The notes below the pieces were generated by a model that had not been told where the DNA came from, did not search any database, and was given only the letters and a program-made list of their open reading frames with translations. Both the position numbers and the translations under genes were made by a program. Below, one piece after another: positions 44,058 through 56,649 of a stretch of DNA of 64,000 nt. This DNA comes from Eledone cirrhosa (taxonomy: Eukaryota): assembly GCA_964016885.1 (NCBI GenBank), contig OZ024740.1:232066001-232130000 (forward strand), given 5' to 3'. The stretch's first letter is position 1, and each line of letters opens with the position of its first letter.

Positions 44058-44250
44058 ATAATTGTTTCTACTTTTGACACAAGGCCATCAATTACCCAGT
44101 GCATTTCTGGTACTTTATTTTATCGACCCCGTAAGGATGAAAGGCAAAGTTAACCTCGGCGGGATTTGAACTCAGAATGGCAAGGGCCGTAACTCTATGC
44201 ATCAAAGCTTGGCGTCTGACCCTCTAGCGATACTGCCAATCCACCGCCTA
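44058..44250 (-). mobile_element. SINE family A with ~18-bp TSD attaaacaccaataataa
   Basis: TSD at 44044-44061 and 44252-44269. Confidence 0.92.
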
Positions 44251-44665
44251 TATTAAACACCAATAATAATAAAAAAGCAAATATAGATTGCCAATAATCC
44301 TTGGATTGGAATCTACGATGCCCACATATTCTCTACACATAGAAAATATAACTGAACATTGGCTATCTGTATTCGCCATAAGCACACCAGAAATGCAAGC
44401 AAAAGCTATGAGTAATGACTTTCGTTGTTGAAAAGACATGCAATTAAAGAAACAAAATCTGATATATATTTGATACAACCTTGTTGCTTGCTACTAAGAC
44501 ACGAGAGTATGGATGCATTAGAGAATCAGTTACACTATTTCGCTAAAGAAAAACCTGTATCTGAATGTGTATGTATGTACGTACATACGCACGCACACAT
44601 GTATGTATGTATGTATGTATGTATGTATGTATGTATGTATGTATGTATGTATGTATGTATGTATG

Positions 44666-45046
44666 TTTATCTCTTTCTCTTAATTTCGAGTATATTTTTG
44701 ACCGGCCACCATTCTGGTGGCAAGGTTGTAAAAGAAAAGAAATTGTCCTCCCTTGAATCGCAAGAATGTTTTGCAAATTTTGAAGGTGCCAGCTATCGCA
44801 GCCATTTGTAAACTATGAATTAGGGAGCTGTGCTCTTTGTCCGCAAATCCAAGTTCAGTTATACATTGGTCCAAGCGGGTTGGTATATAACCCGTAGCTC
44901 CAATAATGATGGGTATGAAGCTAAAGGTGTATCTTGGATACTGGATTTGTAAACTCCTCATCAATGGTCCGTAGATGTCCTCCTTCTCCTGTATTTTTCT
45001 GACAACGTTTACATCAAATGGGCAGATGATCTCCACAACAGAACAC
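44666..45046 (-). mobile_element. 3' end of an RLE-type (R4/NeSL-like) non-LTR element inside (TACA)n
   Basis: Open frame [38 protein letters not shown]; (ATGT)n on both sides. Confidence 0.8.
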
Positions 45047-45204
45047 GTATGTATGTATGTATGTATGTATGTATGTATGTATGTATGTATGTATGTATGT
45101 ATGTATGTATGTATGTATGGCGGAAGAACTCATAAGAGTAAACGGCTATCCAAAAGTGTGTAAATATGTATATACACATCTACATATGTATGTAGATGTG
45201 TATA

Positions 45205-45590
45205 TGCATGGGTGCATGTGTATGTATATGCGCGGAGACATAGAAATAGTCGGGCTGGACACCCGACCGCGCGGTTAAACCACTGGGAGTGAAGGATCCC
45301 TAGCCTTTGTCAGGGCATTCTTCTAGGAGAAGGCAACTCAGGAAACTGGAATGACTCCAATATAAAATCTGCGGCTCAGTAGTTACCGTTGACGTTGATC
45401 TTTTCTTCTTTTCGGGTTATAGCTACTGTCGCTCAGAGAGTGGGATTGGCTCAGTGCACAGTCTTTCCTCACTCTAAAAAATATCTTCACGCACAGGCAT
45501 TCCACGATAGAATTAATTAATAATTATTAATAATGGTATATCGTGCAATGGCCATACTCAATAACGAGGGGCCAGCCCTCATGTATGTAT
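45205..45590 (+). mobile_element. RTE-derived non-autonomous element, family R1
   Basis: Homologue of 11173-11545. Confidence 0.8.
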
Positions 45591-45703
45591 ATATGCATGC
45601 ATTTATTTATTAATGTACTATGCATCAATGTATGTATGTATGTATGTAGAGATATGCGTATATGTTTATTTGAGTATTTATGAGTACTTATATGTATATG
45701 TTT

Positions 45704-45922
45704 GTGAAGGCGTGTGGCTGAGTGGTTAGAGAATTGGATTCGCAATGGTAAAGTTGTGAGTTCGATTCCTGGACCAAGCGATGCGTTATGTCCTTGAGCA
45801 AGACACTCTATGTCACGTTGCTCCTTCTACCTAGAGTTGCGACCGATAGATAATATTAGCAATTGGAAAGACCAACGGAAACATTGTTCCCTCGGTCCGA
45901 TTTGACGAAAGTCGATCGTTCC
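45704..45922 (+). mobile_element. SINE family B
   Basis: gtgaaggcgtgtggctgagtggttag...gagttcgattcc...tgtccttgagcaagacac. Confidence 0.87.
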
Positions 45923-46101
45923 TATGTATAATAATTTCATAGCATCGACCATTCGCAGTCATTCATGTATTCGATCTTACTGCCACATTGATGTTTGTTC
46001 ACTCACAGTCACATCTGTTCTCCTACTTGGTATCGTTCCTACACTTTTTCTTTTCTTAAATCATTTAAACCGAAACAGTTGCGGATTATTTCTCCTTCTA
46101 T

Positions 46102-46222
46102 TCGAGTTCGAATCCCGCCGAGGTTAACTTTGCCTTTCATCCTTACGGGGTCGATAAAATAAAGTACCAGTAATGCACTGGAATAATTGCTGGCCTTGTG
46201 CCAAAAGTAGAAACAATTATTT
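46102..46222 (+). mobile_element. SINE family A, truncated, with TSD attatttctccttctatt
   Basis: Direct repeat on both flanks. Confidence 0.9.
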
Positions 46223-46439
46223 CTCCTTCTATTTGTTGTCGTCACTGTTGTTGTTATTGTTGTTTCTATTATTATTTATATATTATTTAAATTGTTCAAC
46301 AAAACCTCAGTACTGATCCAGCTGACGTATTGTGAAAAGGATTCCAGCTTTGATAACACCTTCCTTTCCCGTCAAGCCTTTTGTATCTACATTTACAGTA
46401 TACAATGTGTTCTTTTGATTGTATTTTAATGTTGTATGG

Positions 46440-46750
46440 CAGTTATGGGCAACCTGCGGCCCAGGGCCACATGCGGCCCGCGAATCTTTCTGAAAGGCTC
46501 ACCTAAGTTACCAAAGTGAAATCTTTCTGATTTTTTTACACAATCTTTTCAGTTGTAATTAATCTTTCAATCTTTTTTACGATCTAGGAAAACAACGTGT
46601 ACGAATTCTGATGAAACAAATCAAAACAACCTGAGTTACCGCCCGCTTTTTTTTTTATGTGGGCACGAATGTAAATTAGCGCTTGCCGGCCGCCTGATGA
46701 TGAACGGTATCTCATGCGGCCCGCTTCTCGAAAAAGGTTGTCCATGCCTG
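46440..46750. mobile_element. hAT-type MITE
   Basis: TIRs cagttatgggcaacct / aggttgtccatgcctg; subterminal gcggccc motifs; 8-bp TSD ttgtatgg. Confidence 0.9.
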
Positions 46751-47699
46751 TTGTATGGTATGAAAAAAAGATTTGCTTGTTATTTCTTCCTTGATAATCC
46801 ATGCATTGTAAATGAATGGTGATCTAAAATACTTGAACGGTAATGCTTTCGTGGGTGTTCCTATGTAGTGAAATGAATAGAGATCAATACATATATTACA
46901 TAAACAGGCCTGTAGTTGTTGAAACTGTTACTGCCGCAATTGTTGTTGTTGTCATTACTATTGTTGTCAATTTTTGTTGCTTAGCACCTAGATATGCATT
47001 GTACAAGCGAACATTAAATGTGTTCCATCCGTCATCATCTCCTCTTCTAATCAGATATGGTATACCTAGGAATACTTGAGCAAATGTGACTTAAACGAAA
47101 ACTGGAAATGAAATATATAAAGCTATATCGAAATGTCTATAACGATGGTTAGTTAACTTCAGAAATACTGATTCTTGTCGGCGAAATTTCCCGTAAGTCA
47201 TATCGCGAATATTTTTCTGTGTTTAGGATCGTTGATATCATATGATCACAGTCCGTGGATTGTGACGAACGACACTGAAGAATCAGGTCTCCGCATCGGG
47301 GGTATGATATATTAATTTGTTAGATTGATTTAAGAGGCTAGGTAGCTGTTATTTGTAAAAGAAAAATGATTAGTTAGCTTCATTCAAGCATGTCACACTT
47401 CTCACTTGACATAAATCCTCCATATTCTGGAATTGCAAGAAGAAAAACAATGTTGTTTTTAGCTACAAAGCTAAAGGAAGACCTACAAAGGGATTAACGT
47501 ACATTGACACCCAGAAATATTTGTATTTTTGTTTATCTGTATGACAAGTTAAACGGATAACAGTTATGTTCATCGCGTCTATTTGTTTATGGGCATCAAA
47601 TTATACATTATATAAGATGCTTCCATAATATTTACCACGGACAGGAGAGGGGTGCGTGTTTTCAAAAACATTTGGTTACTAAACCCCTAAACCCTGACC

Positions 47700-47957
47700 T
47701 AAAGTCTGTCTCAAGCCAGGAGGCTCGGCAGGCCGGTGCTTATCCCGGTTTCGTAGCGTGGAGAGACTGAGAGTATAAGACTCCCCCTTGGACAGGACAC
47801 CAGTTCATCGCAGGGTTAAACTCTAACTATTGCTGGTACTCGTTTGCAGCTGAGTATACTGGAACAACGTAGAATTAAATATTTTGCTCGAGGGCACAAC
47901 ACACAACCCAGCCTAGAAAACAAACCCACGACATTATGATCGTAATCCCAACACCTT
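47700..47957 (-). mobile_element. Older family B-related SINE
   Basis: Minus strand ttgtgccctcgagcaaaat...cgttgttccagtatactcagctgcaaacgagtacc. Confidence 0.65.
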
Positions 47958-48119
47958 TAATTTGGTTATTAATTTTAGCAAATCGAGTCTCAACGTAAGG
48001 CTTTCTTATTGGCACAGTCGTTTTGCCAACGAATGTATGGTGTGAAAGAATAAAAATAACACATTTGCAATAATAAATATGAGCTGGAATTTCTCAACTT
48101 CAAACCATTTGAAGATGTT

Positions 48120-48720
48120 TCATTTTGTTAAGCAGCAAGGACGGATATATTTTTCTACCTGACATCAATATGTTGTCAGGAATACAAACGAGAATTTCTT
48201 GGAACATTACATTCTAATGAAGCTGATGAATTCAAATGCTTCTTCTGGAATGACACTCACCTACGCCGTCGCAGTCCGCATGATGTTCTCTCAGCTCTTA
48301 AAGAAATCAGGAAAAGCCACCTATGAAGAGTATGAAGTCTGTCGAATGAGCTAAATGCATCTCTTTGCCGCAAAACCTTGAATCTGTCGTGACGAATGAG
48401 CCGGGGCTTTGACATGAAGCAGTTGCCAGATTTGCGGAGCTAACGGATCTTAATCCTTCACCAAATTGCATCATGAAGACATCGGAGAATTTCCTTATAG
48501 AACTTCTTTGTAAGTGTTTGTGAGCGTTTTCGTGATAGACAACGCTTCGGTAGTCGTAGCTGAATTAAACAGCCAGTATATTCTGATTTTATTTCGCACC
48601 TGGCATGCTGTGTGGGTCTTGGTGAGATTGGATGCTTCCAATATGATGATTCAACGTTGGTTTCCCTGTCGTAGCCATACACGTACGTTTCAACCTCAGA
48701 ATCACTGTTGGTAATATCGG
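48120..48720 (-). pseudogene. Decayed mariner transposase fragment
   Basis: VYGYDRETNVESSYWKHPISPRP...QTLTKKFYKEILRCLHDAI matches mariner WVYGYDPETK.QSS.WK....PRPKK / QTVN..YY..VL.RLR.A. Confidence 0.8.
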
Positions 48721-48954
48721 GTTAAATTAAAATGTAACGATTAAATAGTACAGCCCTTCATACACTGGGTGGCGTACAGGGCCAGATATATACAGATAAT
48801 TCACCAAATGCCCAAGTACGTTGATTAATATATGTGGGTCCCTTCTGCACACATTTCTCTCCCCATATATTATATATATATAATAACTAACAAATTTGTT
48901 ATTTGAATATGGCAAAGCCGGCCACTAATCGCTCGTATACATAAAACTGACTGG

Positions 48955-49054
48955 CCAATCTGCTGATATGCAAATCTGGCTGATCAGTAGATCTGCTAAT
49001 ATGCAGATCTGACTGATCACCCATTGTGCTAATATGCAAATCAGGCCGATCAGT
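48955..49054 (+). repeat. Three 33-bp tandem units containing octamer-like ATGCA(A/G)AT
   Basis: ATGCAAAT at 48968 and 49034, ATGCAGAT at 49001; unit tgct.atatgca.atc.g.c.gatca. Confidence 0.8.
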
Positions 49055-49100
49055 CTCTGTATATTTTAGAAAATATCATATATTTTCAGTAGCTCTGACA

Positions 49101-49183
49101 GTTGGAAGGTGAACAGTAAACTGCACTGATGAAGGGCAATCACCCAGAAACATTAGTGTCTGCAGTTCTGTTTACATGCCAAC
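49101..49183 (+). ncRNA. Type I hammerhead ribozyme with extended stem I
   Basis: gttgg-aag-gtgaacag-ta-aactgca-CTGATGA-agggcaatcaccca-GAAACA-ttag-TGTC^tgcagtt-ctgtttac-atg-ccaac. Confidence 0.85.
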
Positions 49184-49291
49184 ACAAGCCCAATAATGAG
49201 GGACTCATTCTATTGACATGGTTTAAAAGAGGCTTGTTTGCATAATTGCAAACGAATCGATTATTATTGATATTCGAAAAGCTCAGATTAC

Positions 49292-49355
<64 letters not shown>

Positions 49356-49356
49356 G

Positions 49357-49404
<48 letters not shown>

Positions 49405-49923
49405 TGTTTGTGTGTATGTGTGTGCGTGTGTGTGTGCGTGCGTGTGTGTATGTGTGTGTGCGCGCGCGTGTGTGGGTGCGTGTGTGTGCGTGTGTGTGTG
49501 TGTGTTTGTGTGTGTGTGTATGTGTGTGTATGTGTGTGTCTGTATGTGTGTGTGTGTGTCTTTGTGTGTGTGTGTGTGTGTCTGTGTACATATATAAAAT
49601 TTAACTTAACTTACTCAACCTTGAACATTGTTGAATACAGAAAGATCTAAATTGGAAGAGGAATCCAAACAGTTGCGGTACATTTTCGGCATTTTGGGGA
49701 TGAACTTGAAAAGTGTGGTGCATCGTGTTCTCTCTAGATAAAAGAAGTGAGTCAATGAAGGATCATGAGTTATCCCCATTGATGTAATAGGAGACATGTA
49801 GCAAATTGAAACTGGAGTCGTATGCTGGCTGTTCGCTTGCTCTTAATTTCTTTGTCATTTTGCCATGCCAATTTAATTTATATATACAAGTCTATACATA
49901 GCAAACTAAAATTAACTCCATTA

Positions 49924-49954
<31 letters not shown>

Positions 49955-49956
49955 GC

Positions 49957-49989
<33 letters not shown>

Positions 49990-50220
49990 CGCGCGTGTGT
50001 GTGTGTGTGTGTGTGTGTGCGTGCGTGTGTGTGTGCGTGTGAGAGAGTGTGTGTGTGTGAGTGTGTGTGAGTGTGTGTGTCTGTGTGCAAGTGTGTGTGT
50101 GAGTGCGTGTGTGTGTGTGTGTGTGTGAACGTGTGCGTGTGTGTGTGCGTGTGTGTGTGGGTGTGAGAGAGAGTGTGTGTGTGAGTGTGTGTGAGTGTGT
50201 GTGTCTGTGTGCAAGTGTGT

Positions 50221-50259
<39 letters not shown>

Positions 50260-50763
50260 AGCGTGTGCGTGTGTGTGTGGGTGTGAGAGAGTGTGTGTGT
50301 GTGAGTGTGTGTGAGTGTGTATTGTGTGTGTGTGTCTGTGTGTGAGTGTGTGTGAGTGTGTGTGTGTGAGTGCGTGTGTGTGTGTAGTAACAAAGAAATC
50401 CCAAAGGAATGAAATAGAAATAGACTGCAAAAAAGAGTTCGCAGTCTAAAGAAAGGATTATATGATATAAAGGATAGCAACTGTTACTACTGACCTGAAT
50501 ATAAAACAGTTGGGATGTGAATATAACTAACAACAGTCTCAGACATGACAACCGAGAAAGAAATATAAGATTCCTGTGACCAGAATAAAGTACATACTGT
50601 ATATATATATATATATATATATATTAAAGTGTTAAACAATATTCAATGAGTATGTCAAAGAATGAGTTTTACAGTAGATTGGAAGCACTCTACGGTAAAA
50701 TAATTTTCCGGAGTTATTAATAATAAAATATAAATATTAATAAATTAGATGTTCTTTTGATCA

Positions 50764-50826
50764 ATTACATTTTATTATACATATTTCGGATGTACAACAG
50801 AACGTCCTCATCAGACAAAATATAAT
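50764..50826 (-). ncRNA. Type I hammerhead ribozyme motif
   Basis: Mirror of 50937-50999 with one stem II difference. Confidence 0.78.
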
Positions 50827-50936
50827 GATACATGACATACCCTGAGATGTTAAATGGTTAAGATTTAATATGGTTAAGATTAAATCTACCTTGATTAAAT
50901 CTTAACCATTTAACATCTCAGGGTATGTCATGTATC

Positions 50937-50999
50937 ATTATATTTTGTCTGATGAGGACGTACTGTTGTACATCCGAAATATGTATAATAAAATGTAAT
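50937..50999 (+). ncRNA. Type I hammerhead ribozyme motif
   Basis: attatattttgt-CTGATGA-ggacgtac/gtacatcc-GAAAT-ATGT-ATA^ataaaatgtaat; 12-bp stem I including GU pairs. Confidence 0.82.
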
Positions 51000-51108
51000 T
51001 GAACAAAAGAACATCTATTTTATTAATATTTATATTTTAATATTATATATATATATACATACTTATATATATATATACATACATATATATATATATACAT
51101 ACTTATAC

Positions 51109-51146
<38 letters not shown>

Positions 51147-51762
51147 GTATAAGTATGTATATATACGTATAAGTAAGTATGTATGTATGTATCTATGTAT
51201 CTATGTATGTATATTTATATTTAAACTGGTGTGAGGTAGGTTTAACGTATTGCTAAAATAAATTACGAGTGGAGCTATGGTGTGTTGAAAATCCCGTAAG
51301 AACCTAGTTTTTATTCAAACTGTTTACAACTATAAAAGTTCTTGATCACTGCCGTTGAATTACAGTAGTGGAAGTAGAAATAAAATTAGTTTATGCTCTT
51401 CTTGAATGCAGTAAATGCGATTTCAGTAAATGAGGGAAGAATTGATGTTTGTTTGGCCGTCTTCTCCGCGGGGCGTAGCACTCCTGTCCCCTTGCCCTAG
51501 GCCCAAAACCCAATCACCCCCTCACCACCCCTCTTATACAACACCAGAACTCTTGACATCCCCTCTCTTTCCGATTATTTTTCTTTTTTCTTTCCCTCTT
51601 TTTCTCTCTAAATTTCCCTATTCTTTCTTTCCTTTTGTTTCTTTTTTTTATTTTTCTTACTAAATAAGGTTTGTTTTTTTTTTGCTTTTGAACAAATTCA
51701 TTAATAAAAAGTAAAAAAAAAGAAGAAAAGTTAGAACAAAGTACACAGATCGCTGAAGTAAC

Positions 51763-52150
51763 AATGGTTTCTGATTTAGGCACAAAGCCAACAATATATA
51801 TATATATATATATTTTTTTTTTTTGGGGGGGGGGGGGGGGTCGATTAAATCGGCCCGAATTTTCGCACTTACTAAGTACCGAGGTAATAAACTTATAAGA
51901 TGTAAGGGTTTGATTTCCGTCGCACCCACTGTACATTTTCCCGACTCTATGGGACTTTACCCGATTTTCATAAGTTACTTTATAGCAACTGACTTAATTG
52001 CATTTTTTTTCTGCGCCTGAGTACTTTATTTTATCGCCCCGTAAGGATGAAAGCCAAAGCTAAAATAGGTGGGATTTGAACTCGGTACGTAAAGAACAGT
52101 AACTCTATCCTGCAAAGCATGTTGTCCGACGCTTTACCGATACTGCCAAA
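51763..52150 (-). mobile_element. SINE family A split by a ~168-bp insert (51853-52020)
   Basis: SINE halves at 51763-51852 and 52021-52150. Confidence 0.8.
51853..52020. repeat. Unclassified ~168-bp repeat, duplicated at 53002-53170
   Basis: Near-identical gcccgaattttcgcact...ctgcgcctgagt. Confidence 0.9.
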
Positions 52151-52268
52151 ACAATAGCATCTGTAGCCGCGATAGAAACAGTAGTAGTGATGGTGTAGAT
52201 GTGGAATTGGTGGATACGATATAAGGATGGTGAAACGAATTAGATTTAATTGCTATTATTCCTATAAC

Positions 52269-52464
52269 AAGGGCGGTGGATTGGCAATACCGGTAGAGGG
52301 TCTGACGCCATGCTTTGCAGCCAAGAGTTACGGCCCTTTATGGTCTGAGTTCAAATCCCACCGAGGTTAACTTTGCCTTTCATCGTTATGGTGTGGATAA
52401 AATAAAGTACCAGTAATACACTGGTTTAATTGCTGGCCTTGTGCCAAAAGGAGAAACAATTATT
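52269..52464 (+). mobile_element. SINE family A with TSD attattcctataacaa
   Basis: Full length; direct repeat on both flanks. Confidence 0.92.
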
Positions 52465-52716
52465 CCTATAACAAACTCTATTAGATTCAGTACTTTCTTA
52501 TGTTTGTATATTTTGCGAGATACACACACACGCACGCACACATACATACACAGGTGTGTGTTTGTATTACCATATGTGAATACATATATACATTTATATA
52601 AAATACATATACAAAATTAAGTGCAATGCAAATTATACAATATTGCGTCTCTCCACGAAGTATTATTTTCTTACCATTTTCGGGAGAGTCGCTCATTGTT
52701 AGATTTTCCAATAAAA

Positions 52717-52806
52717 CAATTGTTTCTACATTTGGCACAAGGCCAGCAATTACCCAGTGTATTACTGGTACTTTATTTTATCGACCCCGTAAGGATGAAA
52801 GGCAAT
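52717..52806 (-). mobile_element. SINE family A, truncated
   Basis: Consensus 3' half on the minus strand. Confidence 0.85.
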
Positions 52807-53224
52807 TGCCAATAAAATAATGAGGAGACGATGCCATCATAAATAAAGTAACATTGCATTACAGTATACGGCATTGCTGCAAGATTGATCATGTAAACTT
52901 GAAAGGCAAAAAATAACACACGGCTTCAGTGTGTGAGGGTGTGGTGAGGTTGTGTCTGTGTGTTTGTGTCCGTTTGTCTGTGTGTGTCTGTCGTATGTGA
53001 AGCCCGAATTTTCGCACTTATTAAGTACCTAGGTAATAAACTTATAAGATGTAAGGGTTTGATTTCCGTCGCACCCACTGTACATTTTCCCGACTCTATG
53101 GGACTTTACCCGATTTTCATAAGCTACTTTATAGCAACTGACATAATTGCATTTTTTTCTGCGCCTGAGTTTCCTACATATTTTTATAAAATTATGTACA
53201 TATATATGTATATTTGTATATACC

Positions 53225-53505
53225 TGGGAATGAAAGGCCCCAGTTGTTGACATAGCACCTTTCTAAGAGCTCTGAAAAAGAAAACCCTGTGGCTTCGGAA
53301 GCATCCGATGATGTTGACCAGTTCTCCTTTTCGGGTAGTGTTTTCGATGCTCAGAGAGTGGGACTGGTCGAGTGCAAGGCCTTTCCCCACTTAAAAACAT
53401 TCACAGCACAGGCATTCCTTGTTCAGGATCTGTTGCAGGTTCGTGTGGCTGGCCGTAGCCTAAAAGTCTACCATTTTCTGGTGCAGAGTTTGCAGCCATC
53501 ATATA
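53225..53505 (+). mobile_element. RTE-derived non-autonomous element (third variant)
   Basis: gatgatgttgacc..ttc..cagagagtgggactgg..agtgca.ggcctttccccacttaaaa...gcacaggcatt...gcagccatcat. Confidence 0.65.
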
Positions 53506-54016
53506 TATACTGTTCCTATATCTGGTTGAGCTGTTCTAATTGTTGTAGTAGGTGAGCTATTTCTAGTTTTCCTGTGAATATTTTACCGCTCATTTGATAC
53601 TAAAAATCACATTGTGTCTCGCCTATTCCAGCGTGATGTTTCCTTGCCGAACTCAACAACACATACGAGTCACTTTTCAACTGAACTCTGAAGGGATAAC
53701 TTGTATTTTGTAGTACTAAAAGGACATATCTACTGTAGAAAACCAAGTCTTTATTTGCTCATTTCTTGTTTATTTTAAGTACAGTAATTAGGATATTTTT
53801 AATGGTTTGAAACAGCTGTATAGGTATAATTTGTAATGTAAGTAATAATTTATGTTCTCATTATTTTCTACCTTGTCATATGTATTACAAAATTTGATTA
53901 TTTTTCCGCAAAATTATCTTATGAGTATGCTCTGGAAATCGATATTTTTTTTGCATCTAATTTCTAATGAAGATGAATGAAATCGAGGTAATTTTTCCTT
54001 TCGATTTACTTATGCC

Positions 54017-54088
<72 letters not shown>

Positions 54089-54314
54089 AAGATTAGAGCA
54101 AACACCACGAGCGCTCTATCTCAAAATTATTTTTGAAAAGCATTAGAAATGCGCAACCGGTAAAAAATTAAAACTAAAACTGAATACTAACCAATACTAA
54201 TTTATACTTATTCTTAATTAAACTGCTTTTCAATGGGAAAAATTTGTCACCATTTTCTTTTCCTTTTTACTAATATATCACAACACGTGTGTCACACCTC
54301 TATTTTTTTTTAAA

Positions 54315-54345
<31 letters not shown>

Positions 54346-54350
54346 CATTA

Positions 54351-54396
54351 TTCCTGATGATTTTTTGCGAATGAAACAGTTCTAGTACAGTAGGAA
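54351..54396 (+). ncRNA. Partly decayed minimal HHR motif
   Basis: ttc-CTGATGA-ttttttgcgaat-GAAAC-agttctagtaca-GTA^ggaa; weak stems. Confidence 0.45.
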
Positions 54397-54504
54397 CCTT
54401 TTCTATATAAACTTCTGTGTTCACTCTACTTATGTATTGAGTTCCGTATTTACTGTGGTCGCACTCGCCTCTACTCGCGAGCAACATACATACATCAATC
54501 CATA

Positions 54505-55050
54505 CATATATACATACATGATGGCTCCCCCTCGTTATTGAGTGTGGCCATTGCATGATATACCATTATCAATAATTATTAATTAATTCTATCGTGGGGG
54601 GGATTGGCAGTATCGGTAGAGAGTCGGACGCCATGCTTTGACGCATAGATACGGCCTTGCCATTCTGAGTTCAAATCTCGCCGAGGTTAACTTCGCCTTT
54701 TATCCTTATGGGGTCGATAAAATAAAGTACCAGTAATGCACTGGTGATTACTGGCCTTGTGCCAAAAGTAGAAACAATTAATTAATTCTATCGTGGAATG
54801 TCTGTGCGTGAAGATTTTTTTTAAGTGAGGAAAGACTGCTCTGAGCCAATCCCACTCTCTGAGCGACAGTAGCTATAACCCGAAAAGAAGAAAAGATCAA
54901 CATCATAGGTAACTACTGAGCCGCAGGTTTTATATCGGAGTTATCCCAGTTTCTTGAGTTGCCTTCTCCTAGAAGAATGCCCTGACAAATGCTAGGGGTC
55001 CTTCACTCCCAGTGATTTAACCGCACGATAGGGTGTCCCCGCGCATACAC
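54505..55050 (-). mobile_element. RTE-derived R1 element with a nested family A SINE (54597-54782, +)
   Basis: TSD ttaattaattctatcgtgg flanks the SINE inside R1. Confidence 0.85.
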
Positions 55051-55146
55051 ACATATGTACATGTGTATATACATAGTTACGCACTTTTGGATGGCCGTTG
55101 ACTTTAGGAGTTCTTCCGCCCTTTATACATACTTACATACATACAT

Positions 55147-55225
<79 letters not shown>

Positions 55226-55320
55226 TTTGCGATGTTTTTGATATGAAATCGTGAGTCGAAACAAATATTGTTATACTTGGGGAAAGTAGATATACAATAC
55301 ATCAGGAGGAACATAATAGC

Positions 55321-55362
55321 ACCACTGACGACGTTGCAGATGTGCAACGAAAGAACTTTGTT
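55321..55362 (+). ncRNA. Decayed minimal HHR-like motif
   Basis: acca-CTGACGA-cgttgca-gatg-tgcaac-GAAAG-aa-CTT-tgtt; cleavage triplet and stem I degenerate. Confidence 0.45.
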
Positions 55363-55561
55363 AGACTATATATATGTGTTTATATCTATATTATATCTGT
55401 ATATTTGACCGTTGGTCACTCAATGGTAAACATTGAGGACCGAATGAATTAACTGATATAAAAGATACAGAAGCGAAAACCAACCAAACAGTGAGTGTGT
55501 TCTGTTATTAATTCTGGCAATATTATTACAACAATATGACCCTCCCCGAGTATAACAATAT

Positions 55562-55638
<77 letters not shown>

Positions 55639-56207
55639 TATTCGTACAAATGTGTGATGTTTGAGTATTTGTGTGTGTGTGCGTGTGTGCGTGCGTGCGT
55701 GTGTGTGTGTGCGTGCGCACGCGTGTGTGTGTGTGTGCGTGTGTGTGTGTGTTTGTAGATACAATTATATTAGGCTACAGAAAAAAAAAATGATCAGCAT
55801 CATTTCAGAATTGCTATGAAGGAATGGCGCCAGATTGCAAGCACTATCTGTTCAGATCTTACGTACATCCGGGTTAGTTTCATAGTGTAACTAAGCAACA
55901 CGACGAACAAACGATGCCCTCCGCCACACGTGACAGAAGATGGACAGGGACAGCCGCATCAATCAGCTATATTTGTCGGCCTCGTTATAAACGGAGAAAA
56001 TTAGGTGATTACCAAGCTAGTATGAAGTATAAAGGGGAAAAGAATAAAAAATAAACAAAGACCAAAAGAGCAAATAACAAGTGTAAGATGCGAACATGCG
56101 TAGAAACATCAGATTTCATGTTAGATAAAGTTTCTGGGCCGTCACACAAATGTTATCCTCGTTGTTCCTTTTATATATCTTTATATGTTTGCATGTTAGG
56201 TATATAT

Positions 56208-56331
<124 letters not shown>

Positions 56332-56418
56332 TTATATATATATATATGCATATCTATGTATATGTATGTATGTAATTATATATATATATATGTGTGTGTA
56401 TGTAATTATATATATATA

Positions 56419-56464
<46 letters not shown>

Positions 56465-56529
56465 TACACACATATATATATATATATATATAATTACATA
56501 CATATACATAGATATACATAGATATACAT

Positions 56530-56578
<49 letters not shown>

Positions 56579-56579
56579 T

Positions 56580-56649
<70 letters not shown>

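Larger units (their letters stand above)
50721..51042. mobile_element. Fold-back element with an HHR on each arm
   Basis: Inverted arms 50721-50869 / 50894-51042 with few mismatches; between (TA)n tracts. Confidence 0.9.

Noticed and set aside
49615-49870. Possible CR1/L2 3' fragment
   Set aside because: Similarity is too weak to call by eye.
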